From a virus (Duplodnaviria > Caudoviricetes), in the IMG/VR virus record IMGVR_UViG_3300037071_002299, positions 1-58,968 of that record: DNA of 58,968 bases, one strand, 5' to 3'. The stretch's first letter is position 1. Each line of letters opens with the position of its first letter. A program made the translations under genes and the position numbers. Below are positions 1 to 9,736 of this stretch, in pieces. The notes below the pieces were generated by a model. That model ran no database searches. It was not told the DNA's origin and saw only the letters and a program-made list of their open reading frames with translations.

Positions 1-154
1 AGAAAGACGCGCCCGCGGGCGTATTTATGTCGCCCCAGAACGGCCGAAGACCCCGCCGTGACCGCGGTGTGACATGGAGTAAGTGCTTGACAGGCATTGG
101 GAAACATGCTTTTGACCCCTTTGTAACTGGGGTGTAACCCGCGGGGTAGATGGG

Positions 155-568
155 ATGGCGTTATCAAGTGGCGTGAGTGCTGGTGGGCGGCCTCGGCAGC
201 CTCGAGAGATCGCGGAACTGAAGGGCGATGCGAAGCACAATCCGAAGCGGTATCGGGACCGGTATGCGAAGTCGAAGCAGCCGCTCGGCAAGCCGCCGAA
301 GCATTTGTCGGAGGCGGGTCAGGGGATCTGGTTTGAGATCGAGAGCTATGCGATCGAGGGGACGATCCGAGCTCCGCAGCGGCTGATCATGGAGGCGACG
401 TGCGAGCTGGTGGCGGAGTTTCGGGACAACCCTCGGGAGTTCCCGGTAGCGAAACACAACACTCTGCGGAGCAACCTGGCCGAGTTGTGCTTGACGACCA
501 ACAGCCAGCAGAAGCTGAAGGTTGAGGAGGCTCCGGAGGATGGCCCGTACTCGGCGTATCTCGACTGA
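155..568 (+). CDS. terS: Terminase small subunit (P27-like)
   Basis: GGRPRQP...LKGD...PPKHLS...W N-terminus and LxELxLT C-terminus typical of P27-family TerS; overlaps terL. Confidence 0.8.
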   Translation: MALSSGVSAGGRPRQPREIAELKGDAKHNPKRYRDRYAKSKQPLGKPPKHLSEAGQGIWFEIESYAIEGTIRAPQRLIMEATCELVAEFRDNPREFPVAKHNTLRSNLAELCLTTNSQQKLKVEEAPEDGPYSAYLD

Positions 569-2234
569 CACGCCTGCGGGGCTGGCGATTGGCTACGCGC
601 GCGATGTGGATGCCGGGCGCGTGCCGGCGGGTCCGTACGTCAAGCTCGCCTGCAACCGTTTCCTGCGCGATCTCGGGCGCAAGGACTGGCCGTACACGTT
701 CGACGCGGAGACGGCCAACAACTACGTCAAGTTCATTCAGACGTTACCGCACGTCAAAGGCAAGTGGGCGGCGCACGGTGAGACGCTGCGTCTTGGGGCG
801 TGGCAGTGCTTCATCGAGTGCAACCTCTTTGGCTGGCTGAGTGAGAAGACCGGGCTGCGGCGCTTTCGCCAGTCCTACGAGGAGATCCCGCGGAAGAACG
901 GCAAGTCGACTCGGGTGGGCTCGCGCGGCATTTTCATGCTGACGGGCGATCGGGAAGCCGGGGCTGAGATTTACGCGGGTGCGACCACGGAGAAGCAGGC
1001 GCATGAGGTGTTTCGCCCCGCCTGGCAGATGATCAAGAAGTCAGAGAAGCTGCGCTCGGTGTTTCATCTGGAGATGGCCGGGAATTCCAACAACCCCGGT
1101 CCGATCTACCGGATTCGGGACATGAGTCGCTTTGAGACGATGATTGGCAAGCCCGGTGACGGGGCGAGTCCGCACGCGGCGCTGATCGATGAGTTCCACG
1201 AGCACGACTCCCCGCAGATGCTCGAGACGATGCTGACGGGCATGGGCGCACGCGAGCAGCCGCTGCTGTCGATCATCACGACGGCCGGCAGCAATCTCGG
1301 CGGACCCTGTTACGAGAAGCGCCGCGACGTGATCCGCATCCTCGAGCAGCAGGACGAGGACGAGACGCTCTTTGGCATCATCTACGGGCTTGACCCGGAC
1401 GATCAGTGGGACGATCCCGCGAATCTGGTGAAGGCCAATCCGAACTACGACGTCTCCGTGTTCGGCGAGTTCCTGAATGCGATGCTGGCGCAGGCGCGGC
1501 GCTCATCGACCCGCCAGAATGCGTTTCGCACCAAGCACCTGAACGAGTGGATGGGTGCGAAGACGGCGTGGATGAACATGCTTGCCTGGCAGCGTCAGAA
1601 ACGCACCTTGCAGGTGAGCGATTTCAAGGGCTGTCGTTGCTGGCTCGGCGTGGACCTCGCAAGCAAGATCGACATCACCGCGCTCGTCATGCTGTTTGAG
1701 AAGAACGAGCAGTATTACTGCATTCCGCGGTTCTACGTCCCTGAAAAAGCGGTCGAGGAGAACGAGAAGTACCGCGAGTACGTCACGGGTGGGGAGTTGA
1801 CGGCCACACCCGGCACGATGACCGACTACGAGTTCCTCGAGGAGGAGATCAAGTCGGTCGCCAAGCAGGTGCAACTGCAGGACATCGCTTTCGATCCGAC
1901 GCAGGCGTCCTACGTGATGACGCGGCTCACCCAGTCACGGCTGCCGGTGATCGAGTTCGCCCAGAACGTGCGCAACCTGTCTGAGCCGATGAAGGAGTGC
2001 GAGGCGCTCATACTCGCCGGAAATCTCTTTCACGACGGCAACTTGGCGATGACATGGATGATGGGCAACGTGATGGCGCGGCTCGATGCCAAGGGGCACA
2101 TCTACCCGCGCAAGGAAAACGACTACGACCCGAAGTGTAAGATCGACGGTGTGGTCGCGCTCATCATGGCGATGGGCCGCGCACTGCTGACGAAGCAGGC
2201 GCCGAACTACAAGATATTCTTCATCGGTAAATGA
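540..2234 (+). CDS. terL: Terminase large subunit
   Basis: Walker A IPRKNGKST, Walker B LIDEFHEH, ITTAG coupling motif, nuclease GVDLAS...KIDGVVA; ATG at 540 chosen over TTG at 522 because of GAGGAGG upstream. Confidence 0.97.
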   Translation: MARTRRISTDTPAGLAIGYARDVDAGRVPAGPYVKLACNRFLRDLGRKDWPYTFDAETANNYVKFIQTLPHVKGKWAAHGETLRLGAWQCFIECNLFGWLSEKTGLRRFRQSYEEIPRKNGKSTRVGSRGIFMLTGDREAGAEIYAGATTEKQAHEVFRPAWQMIKKSEKLRSVFHLEMAGNSNNPGPIYRIRDMSRFETMIGKPGDGASPHAALIDEFHEHDSPQMLETMLTGMGAREQPLLSIITTAGSNLGGPCYEKRRDVIRILEQQDEDETLFGIIYGLDPDDQWDDPANLVKANPNYDVSVFGEFLNAMLAQARRSSTRQNAFRTKHLNEWMGAKTAWMNMLAWQRQKRTLQVSDFKGCRCWLGVDLASKIDITALVMLFEKNEQYYCIPRFYVPEKAVEENEKYREYVTGGELTATPGTMTDYEFLEEEIKSVAKQVQLQDIAFDPTQASYVMTRLTQSRLPVIEFAQNVRNLSEPMKECEALILAGNLFHDGNLAMTWMMGNVMARLDAKGHIYPRKENDYDPKCKIDGVVALIMAMGRALLTKQAPNYKIFFIGK

Positions 2235-2247
2235 GGAGATTGACGCA

Positions 2248-2826
2248 ATGTGGACCTGTTACCCGCTGCCGCCTCCGGGCGGCTTCCTGATCCTGCCCGG
2301 CGCCGGCACACCGCCACCGACCGAGCCGATCGTCATTCCACCCGACACGCAGCCCGTCCCGCCGCCTGACCTCGGTCAGCCGGGTCCGCCTGTGTATCCG
2401 GGTTGGCCCATCGGTGGAGGCGGACCGAGCCTGCCGATCCAGCCGCCGAACATGCCGGGTTGGCCGGTGATGCCCGGTTACCCGGTGCTGACGCCTCCCG
2501 GCTACGCGCCGGTGCCCGGCTGGCCCGCGCTGCCCGGTTACTGGCCCGGTGGTGGTCAGGGTGGTGGTGCACCGCAGCCGCCGCTCGGCTTCTGGGGTCC
2601 GAACGATCCACGACCGACGCTGCCGATCTACATGCCGGGCTTCCCCGGTGGTCGACCGCCCTACGGTCCCGGCGGACCCGGCACAGAGCCGCCTGCGGGC
2701 GTACAGGTCATGCCGGTCGCGATCTGGATGATGGCTGTGCCTGCCGATCAGGTGCCGCCATTCCCCGGTATCGCAAAGCCGCCGGCTGACAGCAAGCCGC
2801 CCGTGCCGGAACCGAAGAAGAAGTAA
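2248..2826 (+). CDS. Proline/glycine-rich hypothetical protein
   Basis: RBS GAGGAG upstream, terminator downstream; PG(W/Y/F)P repeats. Confidence 0.75.
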   Translation: MWTCYPLPPPGGFLILPGAGTPPPTEPIVIPPDTQPVPPPDLGQPGPPVYPGWPIGGGGPSLPIQPPNMPGWPVMPGYPVLTPPGYAPVPGWPALPGYWPGGGQGGGAPQPPLGFWGPNDPRPTLPIYMPGFPGGRPPYGPGGPGTEPPAGVQVMPVAIWMMAVPADQVPPFPGIAKPPADSKPPVPEPKKK

Positions 2827-2848
2827 ACGATTCGGCAATCGATGAGTG

Positions 2849-2879
2849 GAGGCCACCTTCGGGTGGCCTCTTCTTTTTT
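2849..2879 (+). terminator. Intrinsic terminator
   Basis: GAGGCCACC-TTCG-GGTGGCCTC followed by TTCTTTTTT. Confidence 0.85.
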
Positions 2880-2889
2880 GGAGCAAGCA

Positions 2890-4893
2890 ATGACGACGAA
2901 CCGGACAATGCCGATTGCGACCCGCGCCTACAGCGTGCTCGAGATCAAGTCCTTCGACGAGGACACGCGCGCGTTCACGGGTGTCGCAACGACGCCCACG
3001 ACGGATCTCATGGAGGACGTCGTCGAGTCGAAAGGCGGGCAGTTCAAGCTGCCGATCCCGTTCCTGTGGCAGCACGACAAGGAACGCCCCGTCGGCCACA
3101 TCACCCACGCTCAAATCTCCGACAACGAGATCGCGGTGCGCGGACGGTTGGAACGTCCGTTTGAAGGCGCACCTGCCAGTTGGGCCGAGCGACTGAACGT
3201 AGCATGGGCCGACATCAAGACCGGGCTCGTCCGCGGGCTGTCCATCGGGTTCAAGCCGCTGGAATGGGAACCCATCAAGGGCACCTACGGCAATCGTTTC
3301 ACAAAATGGACATGGCTCGAGTTGAGCGCGGTCACGATTCCCGCCAACACCGATGCCTCGATTTTGACCATCAAGTCGATCGCTGCGCGTGAGGAGCAGG
3401 CCGCGTCAGGCCGCAATGCTGCCTCGCGAGTGGTACGACTCGATTCTCCTGCCGGCGTCACGGCAAAGCGCAGATCAATCACGCCCCAGGAGGGCAATGC
3501 GATGAATGTTTCAGACCAAATCAAGTCGTTTGAGGCGAAGCGGATGGCAACCGCTACGCAGCTCGACGTCCTGCTCGAGAAGGCGGCCGAAGAGGGCCGC
3601 ACGCTCGATGAGGCCGAGCAGAAAGAGCACGATGAGCTCGACGCCGACGTCGCGCGCATCGACCAGCACCTCGACAACCTGCACGCCGCCGAGGCGCGGC
3701 AGATGGCGCGGGCGAAGCCGGTGGAGAAGGGTGGTGTGGTGGCGGCATCGCGCTCGCGCGATCCCTACATCACGGCGGGTCGCGAGACGCTGCCACCGGG
3801 CGTGGAATTCGCCCGCTTCGTCAAGTGTGTGGTGGCCTCGCGCGGCATTCCGCTCGCGGCCTTTGAGGTGGCAAAGCACCAGTATCCGGACAATCCTCGC
3901 CTGCAGACGATCCTGAAGGCGGCGGTGGCGGCCGGTACGACCTCGGATGTGGCTTGGGCCTCGCCGCTGGTGGAGTATCAGCAGCTTGCGAGCGAGTTCA
4001 TCGACTTCCTGCGCCCGCAGACCATTCTCGGGAAGTTTGGCACCAACGGCATTCCGGCACTCAATGCGGTACCGTTCAACGTGCGTATTCCGAGGCAGAT
4101 GACGGGTGGACAGGGCTACTGGGTCGGACAGGGCAAGGCGAAGCCGCTGACGAAGTTCGACTTCGACAGTGTGACCTTCGACTTCTACAAGGTGGCGAAC
4201 ATCGCCGTGCTCACCGACGAGCTGGTGCGTTTCAGCAATCCGTCCGCGGATCTGCTGACCCGCAACTCCCTCGCCGCGGCGCTGCGCGCTCGGCTCGACA
4301 TCGACTTCATCGATCCGGGCAAGGCGATCGATGTGGGCGTCTCGCCCGCCTCGATCACCAACGGCATCACCGGTATCACCTCCAGTGGTACGGGTGCCGA
4401 TGGCATCTTCGCGGACCTCGAGGCGGTGATGGGTGCGTTTGCGGCGAGCGGTCTCGCCCCGAACGTGGCGATCATGTCCTCGATGAACGCGCTCGCGCTG
4501 TCGATGCTGCGCTATCCGCTCTCGGGTGCGCCCGTGTTCGGTGGCATGTCGGCACAGGGCGGGACGTTCAACGGACTGCCGGTGATCGTAAGCGAGTACG
4601 TGAGTCAGGTCGGCGAGACGGGATCGAGCCCGATCGTCTTCCTGAACACCAACGAGATCCTGCTCGCCGACGACGGCACGGTGACGATCGACGCATCCAA
4701 CCAGGCGTCTCTGGAAATGTCGGATGCACCGGCCCACAACTCGGGCACGCCCACGGGGGCGAGTCTGGTCAGCATGTGGCAGACGAACTCGGTCGCCCTG
4801 AAGGCCGAGCGGTACATCAACTGGCTGCGTGCCCGTGACGAAGCCGTGGTGTGGATCGATGGGGCGGCCTACACATCGGTGCCGTCGACGTAG
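2890..4893 (+). CDS. Fused HK97 prohead protease and major capsid protein
   Basis: Protease motifs LWQHD, GLSIGF, ELSAVTIPAN; coiled-coil delta domain; HK97-fold motifs WVGQGKAKP, SMWQTNSVALKAER. Confidence 0.95.
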   Translation: MTTNRTMPIATRAYSVLEIKSFDEDTRAFTGVATTPTTDLMEDVVESKGGQFKLPIPFLWQHDKERPVGHITHAQISDNEIAVRGRLERPFEGAPASWAERLNVAWADIKTGLVRGLSIGFKPLEWEPIKGTYGNRFTKWTWLELSAVTIPANTDASILTIKSIAAREEQAASGRNAASRVVRLDSPAGVTAKRRSITPQEGNAMNVSDQIKSFEAKRMATATQLDVLLEKAAEEGRTLDEAEQKEHDELDADVARIDQHLDNLHAAEARQMARAKPVEKGGVVAASRSRDPYITAGRETLPPGVEFARFVKCVVASRGIPLAAFEVAKHQYPDNPRLQTILKAAVAAGTTSDVAWASPLVEYQQLASEFIDFLRPQTILGKFGTNGIPALNAVPFNVRIPRQMTGGQGYWVGQGKAKPLTKFDFDSVTFDFYKVANIAVLTDELVRFSNPSADLLTRNSLAAALRARLDIDFIDPGKAIDVGVSPASITNGITGITSSGTGADGIFADLEAVMGAFAASGLAPNVAIMSSMNALALSMLRYPLSGAPVFGGMSAQGGTFNGLPVIVSEYVSQVGETGSSPIVFLNTNEILLADDGTVTIDASNQASLEMSDAPAHNSGTPTGASLVSMWQTNSVALKAERYINWLRARDEAVVWIDGAAYTSVPST

Positions 4894-4947
4894 TAGACTT
4901 CCGGACGTGAACCACACGTACTCCCGTGCATGTGGTCGCAACCGGAG

Positions 4948-4986
4948 ACCCCGGCGGGCGTAACAGCCCGTCGGGGTTTTCTTTTT
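4948..4986 (+). terminator. Intrinsic terminator after capsid gene
   Basis: ACCCCGGCGGGC-GTAACA-GCCCGTCGGGGT then TTTCTTTTT. Confidence 0.8.
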
Positions 4987-4999
4987 GGAGAACACAGCC

Positions 5000-5185
5000 A
5001 TGCACTTGAAAGTCGTCCGCAACATCCGCGGGCTGGTGATGGGTCAGCGCCTGACGATGGACCGCTACTTCGGGCGCGCACTCGTCGCGCACGGCATCGC
5101 CGAGGAAGTGCTCGAGGGTGAGCAGCCGCGCAAGAAGCGCGCCTACAAGCGGCGCGACCTGCAAGCCGAGCAGAGCCGGGAATGA
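5000..5185 (+). CDS. Small basic head-associated protein
   Basis: GGAG RBS, KRAYKRRDLQAE tail, ATGA overlap with portal. Confidence 0.65.
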   Translation: MHLKVVRNIRGLVMGQRLTMDRYFGRALVAHGIAEEVLEGEQPRKKRAYKRRDLQAEQSRE

Positions 5186-6615
5186 AACTCCCAAAGCTGC
5201 TGCAGTTCTTCACCCCGACCCAGCGCGACGCGCCAGTCGCGCAGCGCAAACTCCTGCACCCCATGAATGGGCGCGGTGGCGCCGGCTGGTTTCGTATCTA
5301 CGAGAGCTACAGCGGTGCCTGGCAGCAGAATGTCGTGCTCGACCGCGACACGATCCTCTCGCACTCGGTCGTCTTCGCCTGCATCACGCTCATCTCGCAG
5401 GACATCGGGAAACTGCGCTGCAAGCTGGTCGAGCAGCAGGAGAGCGGCATCTGGAAAGAGGTGCAGAACTCCGCCTATTCGCCCGTGCTGCGCAAACCCA
5501 ATCATTTCCAGACGCGCGTCAAGTTCTTTGAATACTGGATTGCGTCGAAGCTGATTCACGGCAACACCTATGTGCTGAAGCAGCGCGATGATCGCAACGT
5601 CGTCAAGAGGCTCTACATCCTCGATCCGACACGGGTGAGAGTGTTCGTCAGCGACGATGGGGCGGTGTTCTATGAACTGAAGATCGACAATCTCGCCAAC
5701 CTCGATGCGGTTGCCGGGCGGCGCGAGAACAACACGCTGATGGTGCCCGCACGCGAGATCATTCACGACCCGATGTCGCTGCTGTGTCATCCGTTGCTCG
5801 GTGTGTCACCGCTCACCGCCAACGGGCTCGCCGCACTGCAGGGCCTGCGAATCCAGCAGGGTTCGGCGGCGTTCTTTGCCAACGGGTCTACCCCCTCCGG
5901 CGTCATCACTGCACCGGGACATCTCGAGCAGGACGATGCCGATGAGATCAAGTCGGCATGGGACACCAACTACTCCGGTGCCAATGCTGGCAAGGTCGCG
6001 GTGCTCGGTGATGGGCTCAAGTTTGAGCAGATGGCGGTGAACTCGGTCGACGCGCAGCTCATCGAGCAACTCAAGTGGACCGGTGAGAACATCTGCACGG
6101 CATTTCATGTACCACCGTACATGGTGGGCATCGGTCCCATGCCGACCTATAACAACATCGAGGCGCTGAACCAGCAGTACTACAACCAGTGTCTGCAATC
6201 GCTGATCGAGAACCTGGAGCTGTCGCTCGACGAGGGCCTCGAGATGACGAGCCCGACGCTCAGTCTCGGCACGGAGTTCGACCTGAAGGGACTGCTGCGA
6301 ATGGACACCGCGACGCGCTACAAGGCGCACAGCGATGCGATCGGTGGCGGCTGGTTGACGCCCAATGAGGCGCGCATCGATGAGGATCTGCCGCCCGCGC
6401 AGGGCGGGGCGACGCCCTACATGCAGCAGCAGAATTTCTCCCTGCTGGCGCTGAACAAGCGCGATCAGAAGGACGATCCATTTGCGAGCGGTAGCAAGGC
6501 TCCGGCCACCCCGGCGCCACCCGCACCGCCCGAGAAGGACGATGAGGAGAAGAGTCTCACGCTCTTTGCGACCGAGCTGCGCAAGTCACTCTCCCTTGCC
6601 GTCCTGACAGGCTGA
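5182..6615 (+). CDS. Portal protein, HK97 family
   Basis: VFACITLIS, KPNHFQT, HGNTY, GVSPL, FHVPPYMVG, TPNEAR motifs. Confidence 0.96.
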   Translation: MKLPKLLQFFTPTQRDAPVAQRKLLHPMNGRGGAGWFRIYESYSGAWQQNVVLDRDTILSHSVVFACITLISQDIGKLRCKLVEQQESGIWKEVQNSAYSPVLRKPNHFQTRVKFFEYWIASKLIHGNTYVLKQRDDRNVVKRLYILDPTRVRVFVSDDGAVFYELKIDNLANLDAVAGRRENNTLMVPAREIIHDPMSLLCHPLLGVSPLTANGLAALQGLRIQQGSAAFFANGSTPSGVITAPGHLEQDDADEIKSAWDTNYSGANAGKVAVLGDGLKFEQMAVNSVDAQLIEQLKWTGENICTAFHVPPYMVGIGPMPTYNNIEALNQQYYNQCLQSLIENLELSLDEGLEMTSPTLSLGTEFDLKGLLRMDTATRYKAHSDAIGGGWLTPNEARIDEDLPPAQGGATPYMQQQNFSLLALNKRDQKDDPFASGSKAPATPAPPAPPEKDDEEKSLTLFATELRKSLSLAVLTG

Positions 6616-6639
6616 AGTAGTGGTGGTGGTGCTCTCGGC

Positions 6640-7803
6640 ATGGACCGTCATCAATCAACGGAGGCATTGAACAACGTGGATATGCGGAACATGGCTGAGA
6701 TCGTTGCCAGTGCCGTCAAGGAGTACGTGGCGCTCGCCGTTGCGGAGCTCTCCGGGCGCGTCGGGCAGATCGAGAAAGCACCGCCACCGGTCGAAGCCGC
6801 GGTGATCAAGGCGCTGATCGAGGCGGAAGTGCAGGAGACGACCTCGGAGATGCGTGGGCAGTGGGACGCACAATTGAATACCGCAATCGCGGCACTGCCC
6901 CCGCCGACGGATCTCGCGCCGCTCGCTGAAACGGTGGCGCACATCGAGCAAAGACTGAGCGAGGCCACCACGCTGCAGATCGCGGACATACCAGAAGACC
7001 TGAAGGCACGGGTGAAGATCGATTACCTGAATCTGCAGAACCTTCACGAGCGTGTGATGACCATGGAGGCAAAGCCGATGCCGGTCGAGGGACCGCCCGG
7101 CGAGCGCGGACTGCAGGGGGAGCGGGGTGAGAAGGGCGAACCGGGGGATGCTGGTCCGCCCGGCGAAGTCGGTCCTGCGGGCGAGAGCGGGGCTCCCGGC
7201 GAGCGCGGTGAGAAGGGTGCCGACGGTCTGCCGGGTGTGCCGGGTGAGCGGGGTCCGGACGGCCAAGACGGTCGGGATGCGGTCGCCCTTGAGATCCTCG
7301 ACGGGGTCGACGAGACCCGCCGCTATCCACGGGGCACGGTGGTGACCTTCCGCGGCGGGCTGATTCGGGCGTTCCGACGCAGCGATCCGCTCGCCCCCGG
7401 CGTGGAACTCGAGCGGGCCGGCTGGCATGTAATCCTGAACGGCATTGCCGAGATGGCCTCCGAAGTACAGAACGAGCGCGAGTTCGTCCAGCGCACCGTG
7501 TTTACCAACGGCGCGGTGAACGAGGTCCGCACCCGCATGGCGATCCCGCTCTATCGAGGCATCTGGAAAAAGGGCGTGGACTATCACGCTGGCGACAGCG
7601 TCACCTACGGCGGCTCCAGCTTCATTGCGCAGCGCGACACGGTCGATGAGGAACCAGAGGCCAGCGATGCCTGGCGGCTCGCCGTCAAGCGCGGGCGCGA
7701 TGGCAAGAATGGCAAGGACGGCAACAAGGGCGAGCCGGGCGTGCAAGGCGAGCGCGGCCGAGACCTCACACAACGCGACTACACGACAGGACGGCGATTC
7801 TGA
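6640..7803 (+). CDS. Collagen-like (Gly-X-Y) head-associated protein
   Basis: Long GXY run, YRGIWK...[13 protein letters not shown] and [12 protein letters not shown] motifs; start may be a few codons later. Confidence 0.8.
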   Translation: MDRHQSTEALNNVDMRNMAEIVASAVKEYVALAVAELSGRVGQIEKAPPPVEAAVIKALIEAEVQETTSEMRGQWDAQLNTAIAALPPPTDLAPLAETVAHIEQRLSEATTLQIADIPEDLKARVKIDYLNLQNLHERVMTMEAKPMPVEGPPGERGLQGERGEKGEPGDAGPPGEVGPAGESGAPGERGEKGADGLPGVPGERGPDGQDGRDAVALEILDGVDETRRYPRGTVVTFRGGLIRAFRRSDPLAPGVELERAGWHVILNGIAEMASEVQNEREFVQRTVFTNGAVNEVRTRMAIPLYRGIWKKGVDYHAGDSVTYGGSSFIAQRDTVDEEPEASDAWRLAVKRGRDGKNGKDGNKGEPGVQGERGRDLTQRDYTTGRRF

Positions 7804-8147
7804 TGGTCATGCTAGTCAGTCTGGATCAGGCGAAGTTGAGCCTGCGTCTCGATCACGATGCCGACAACGAGCGGGTCGAGGAAGAGATTCACGATGCCTC
7901 TGCGATCGTGCTCACGCACCTGAAGGACCGCGCGTTGCTGCTGGTCGACACCTCCGGTGAAATCCTCTCCGATTCCACCGGCACCATCGAGATTCCGCGC
8001 GACATCCAGCGCGCCACACTCGCGATGGTGAAGATCCTGCATGAGAGCAATGCGGGCGACGGGCAGCGGATGGGCTGGAACGAAGGGTTCCTGCCGGATG
8101 AAGTGCGCGCGTTGCTGTTTCCGCACCGGATGCCAACCGTCGCATGA
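7803..8147 (+). CDS. Head-tail connector (HK97 gp6-like)
   Basis: LVSLDQAKLSLRLDHD...IPRDIQRATL...LLFPHR; synteny. Confidence 0.85.
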   Translation: MVMLVSLDQAKLSLRLDHDADNERVEEEIHDASAIVLTHLKDRALLLVDTSGEILSDSTGTIEIPRDIQRATLAMVKILHESNAGDGQRMGWNEGFLPDEVRALLFPHRMPTVA

Positions 8148-8512
8148 ACACCGCCAATATGGGCACGGGCGATCTCAACCGGGTGGTTGACATCGAAGAG
8201 AAGACGCTCGTGCAGAACACGATCACGGGAGCCAAGACTCCCACTTGGAGCGTATTGTGGAGCGACGTCCCGGCCAACATCGATTTTCGCACTGGAAAGG
8301 AGTACATCGCCGCACAGGCAGTCCAGTCCGAAATAACCTGCTTCATCACCATCCGCTACCGGGACGGATTACGGCCCGCACACCGCATCGTGCAAAAGGC
8401 AACGGAGCGGCGCAGCCGAAAAGTGTTCAATATCCGCGGCATCATCCCCGACTCCAAAAGCGGCCTCGAGTGGCTGACGATGCCGTGCTCCGAGGGCGTA
8501 GATCAGGGGTAA
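8144..8512 (+). CDS. Head closure protein (SPP1 gp16-like)
   Basis: GDLNRVVDI, GKEYIAAQA, ITIRYR, FNIRGI; synteny. Confidence 0.88.
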   Translation: MNTANMGTGDLNRVVDIEEKTLVQNTITGAKTPTWSVLWSDVPANIDFRTGKEYIAAQAVQSEITCFITIRYRDGLRPAHRIVQKATERRSRKVFNIRGIIPDSKSGLEWLTMPCSEGVDQG

Positions 8513-9147
8513 GCGCCACCGTCGCGCCGGAGTGGCGTGGCGAGACGGTGGCGATTCTCGCGGCGGGTCCCTCGCTTACCCGCGAGCAGGCAGAGCAGGT
8601 GCGCGGTCGCTGCCGGGTGATCGCGGTCAACAACACCGCGATCGACACGGAGGTAGACGGTGTCCTGCAACTGGCTTTTGCACCGTGGGCAGACGTGCTA
8701 TACGCGGCCGATGCGAAGTGGTGGCACTGCTACAAGGATCGTGCGCTGGCATTCGCAGGGCTCAAGTACACGATCTCGGCGATTCCGTTTCCTGAAGTAC
8801 TTCGGTTGCAGCGTTCGCACCAGAGAGCCTTCGATGAGCGCCCGACGCACCTCTGCGGATCGAACAGCGGCTACCACGCGCTGCACCTGGCGGTGCATTT
8901 CGGGGCGGCGCGCGTTCTGCTGCTCGGCTTCGATATGAAGAATGGCATCAACGGTCGGCGCCACTACTTCGGCAATCACCCAAAGCGATTGAATGCCCGG
9001 CCGGCGTTTCCGACGTGGATCAACCAGTTTGCGAAGCTCGCGCCGGAACTCGCCAAGCGGCGCATCGAGGTTGTGAACTGCAGCCCGAGCACGGCATTGT
9101 TTGCGTTCCGGCGGGCAAGTCTGACGACGGTACTAAATGCCCAATGA
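8485..9147 (+). CDS. Putative glycosyltransferase (MptE/Maf-like nucleotide-binding fold); start uncertain
   Basis: ILAAGPSL, IAVNN, DVLYAAD, SNSG..ALHLA..FGA.RVLLLGFD..HY motifs; possible in-frame GTG starts at 8470, 8485 or 8548. Confidence 0.6.
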   Translation: MLRGRRSGVSATVAPEWRGETVAILAAGPSLTREQAEQVRGRCRVIAVNNTAIDTEVDGVLQLAFAPWADVLYAADAKWWHCYKDRALAFAGLKYTISAIPFPEVLRLQRSHQRAFDERPTHLCGSNSGYHALHLAVHFGAARVLLLGFDMKNGINGRRHYFGNHPKRLNARPAFPTWINQFAKLAPELAKRRIEVVNCSPSTALFAFRRASLTTVLNAQ

Positions 9148-9736
9148 CTTAGGACAGCGCGCCTCGCTCGCCTACCGCAACGCACGGGCTGAGATCGAGG
9201 CAGGGCAAGTGCCAGATAAGTATCGGCGTCTGCTGCCGTACATTCAGGGCCAGCGGGTGCTAGAGATCGGTGCGGCGGAAGGCGTGCTCGGACTGCTGCT
9301 GTCACGCGAGGGCCAAGTCGAGCGAGTGACGGCGCTCGAGCTGCGCGAAGACCGGCACCGGGAGGGTCAGCGCCTGCAGCGGGTCTGGGCGGAGCGCGGC
9401 TTCGATGTAAGCCGCTGCCTGATGGTACAGGGCGACATCCGCGAGCACCTGCACCTGCTCGAGGTCACCGATACGCTGGTGGCGGTGCGCTCGATCTATT
9501 ATCTGCGCGCGGAAGCACAGTCAGTTATGGAGGTGGCTGCGCGTCGGGTGCGTCGCGTGGTGTTGTGCGGCAACGCTGGCCGGCAAGCCCAGTACCGCTC
9601 GCAGCCGAGCAGTGAGCTCGGTCGGTTCAATTACCTGGCCGCCATCGATGGCATGAAATGGCTGTTGACGGGCGCGGGTTATCAGATCGCCGCGGTGATC
9701 AGTAGTGGCGATCCTATCGTGGTGGGCATCCAATGA
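9137..9736 (+). CDS. Class I SAM-dependent methyltransferase
   Basis: Motif I VLEIGAAEG, acidic residue after strand 2 (TALE), QGDI. Confidence 0.75.
   Translation: MPNDLGQRASLAYRNARAEIEAGQVPDKYRRLLPYIQGQRVLEIGAAEGVLGLLLSREGQVERVTALELREDRHREGQRLQRVWAERGFDVSRCLMVQGDIREHLHLLEVTDTLVAVRSIYYLRAEAQSVMEVAARRVRRVVLCGNAGRQAQYRSQPSSELGRFNYLAAIDGMKWLLTGAGYQIAAVISSGDPIVVGIQ

Noticed and set aside
1-154. Exact cos site at the window start
   Set aside because: An IHF-like TAAGTGCTTGA is present near 80, but no cohesive end or terminal repeat can be fixed without read data.
3511-5025. 504-aa minus-strand ORF
   Set aside because: Antisense shadow of the capsid gene in a high-GC genome.
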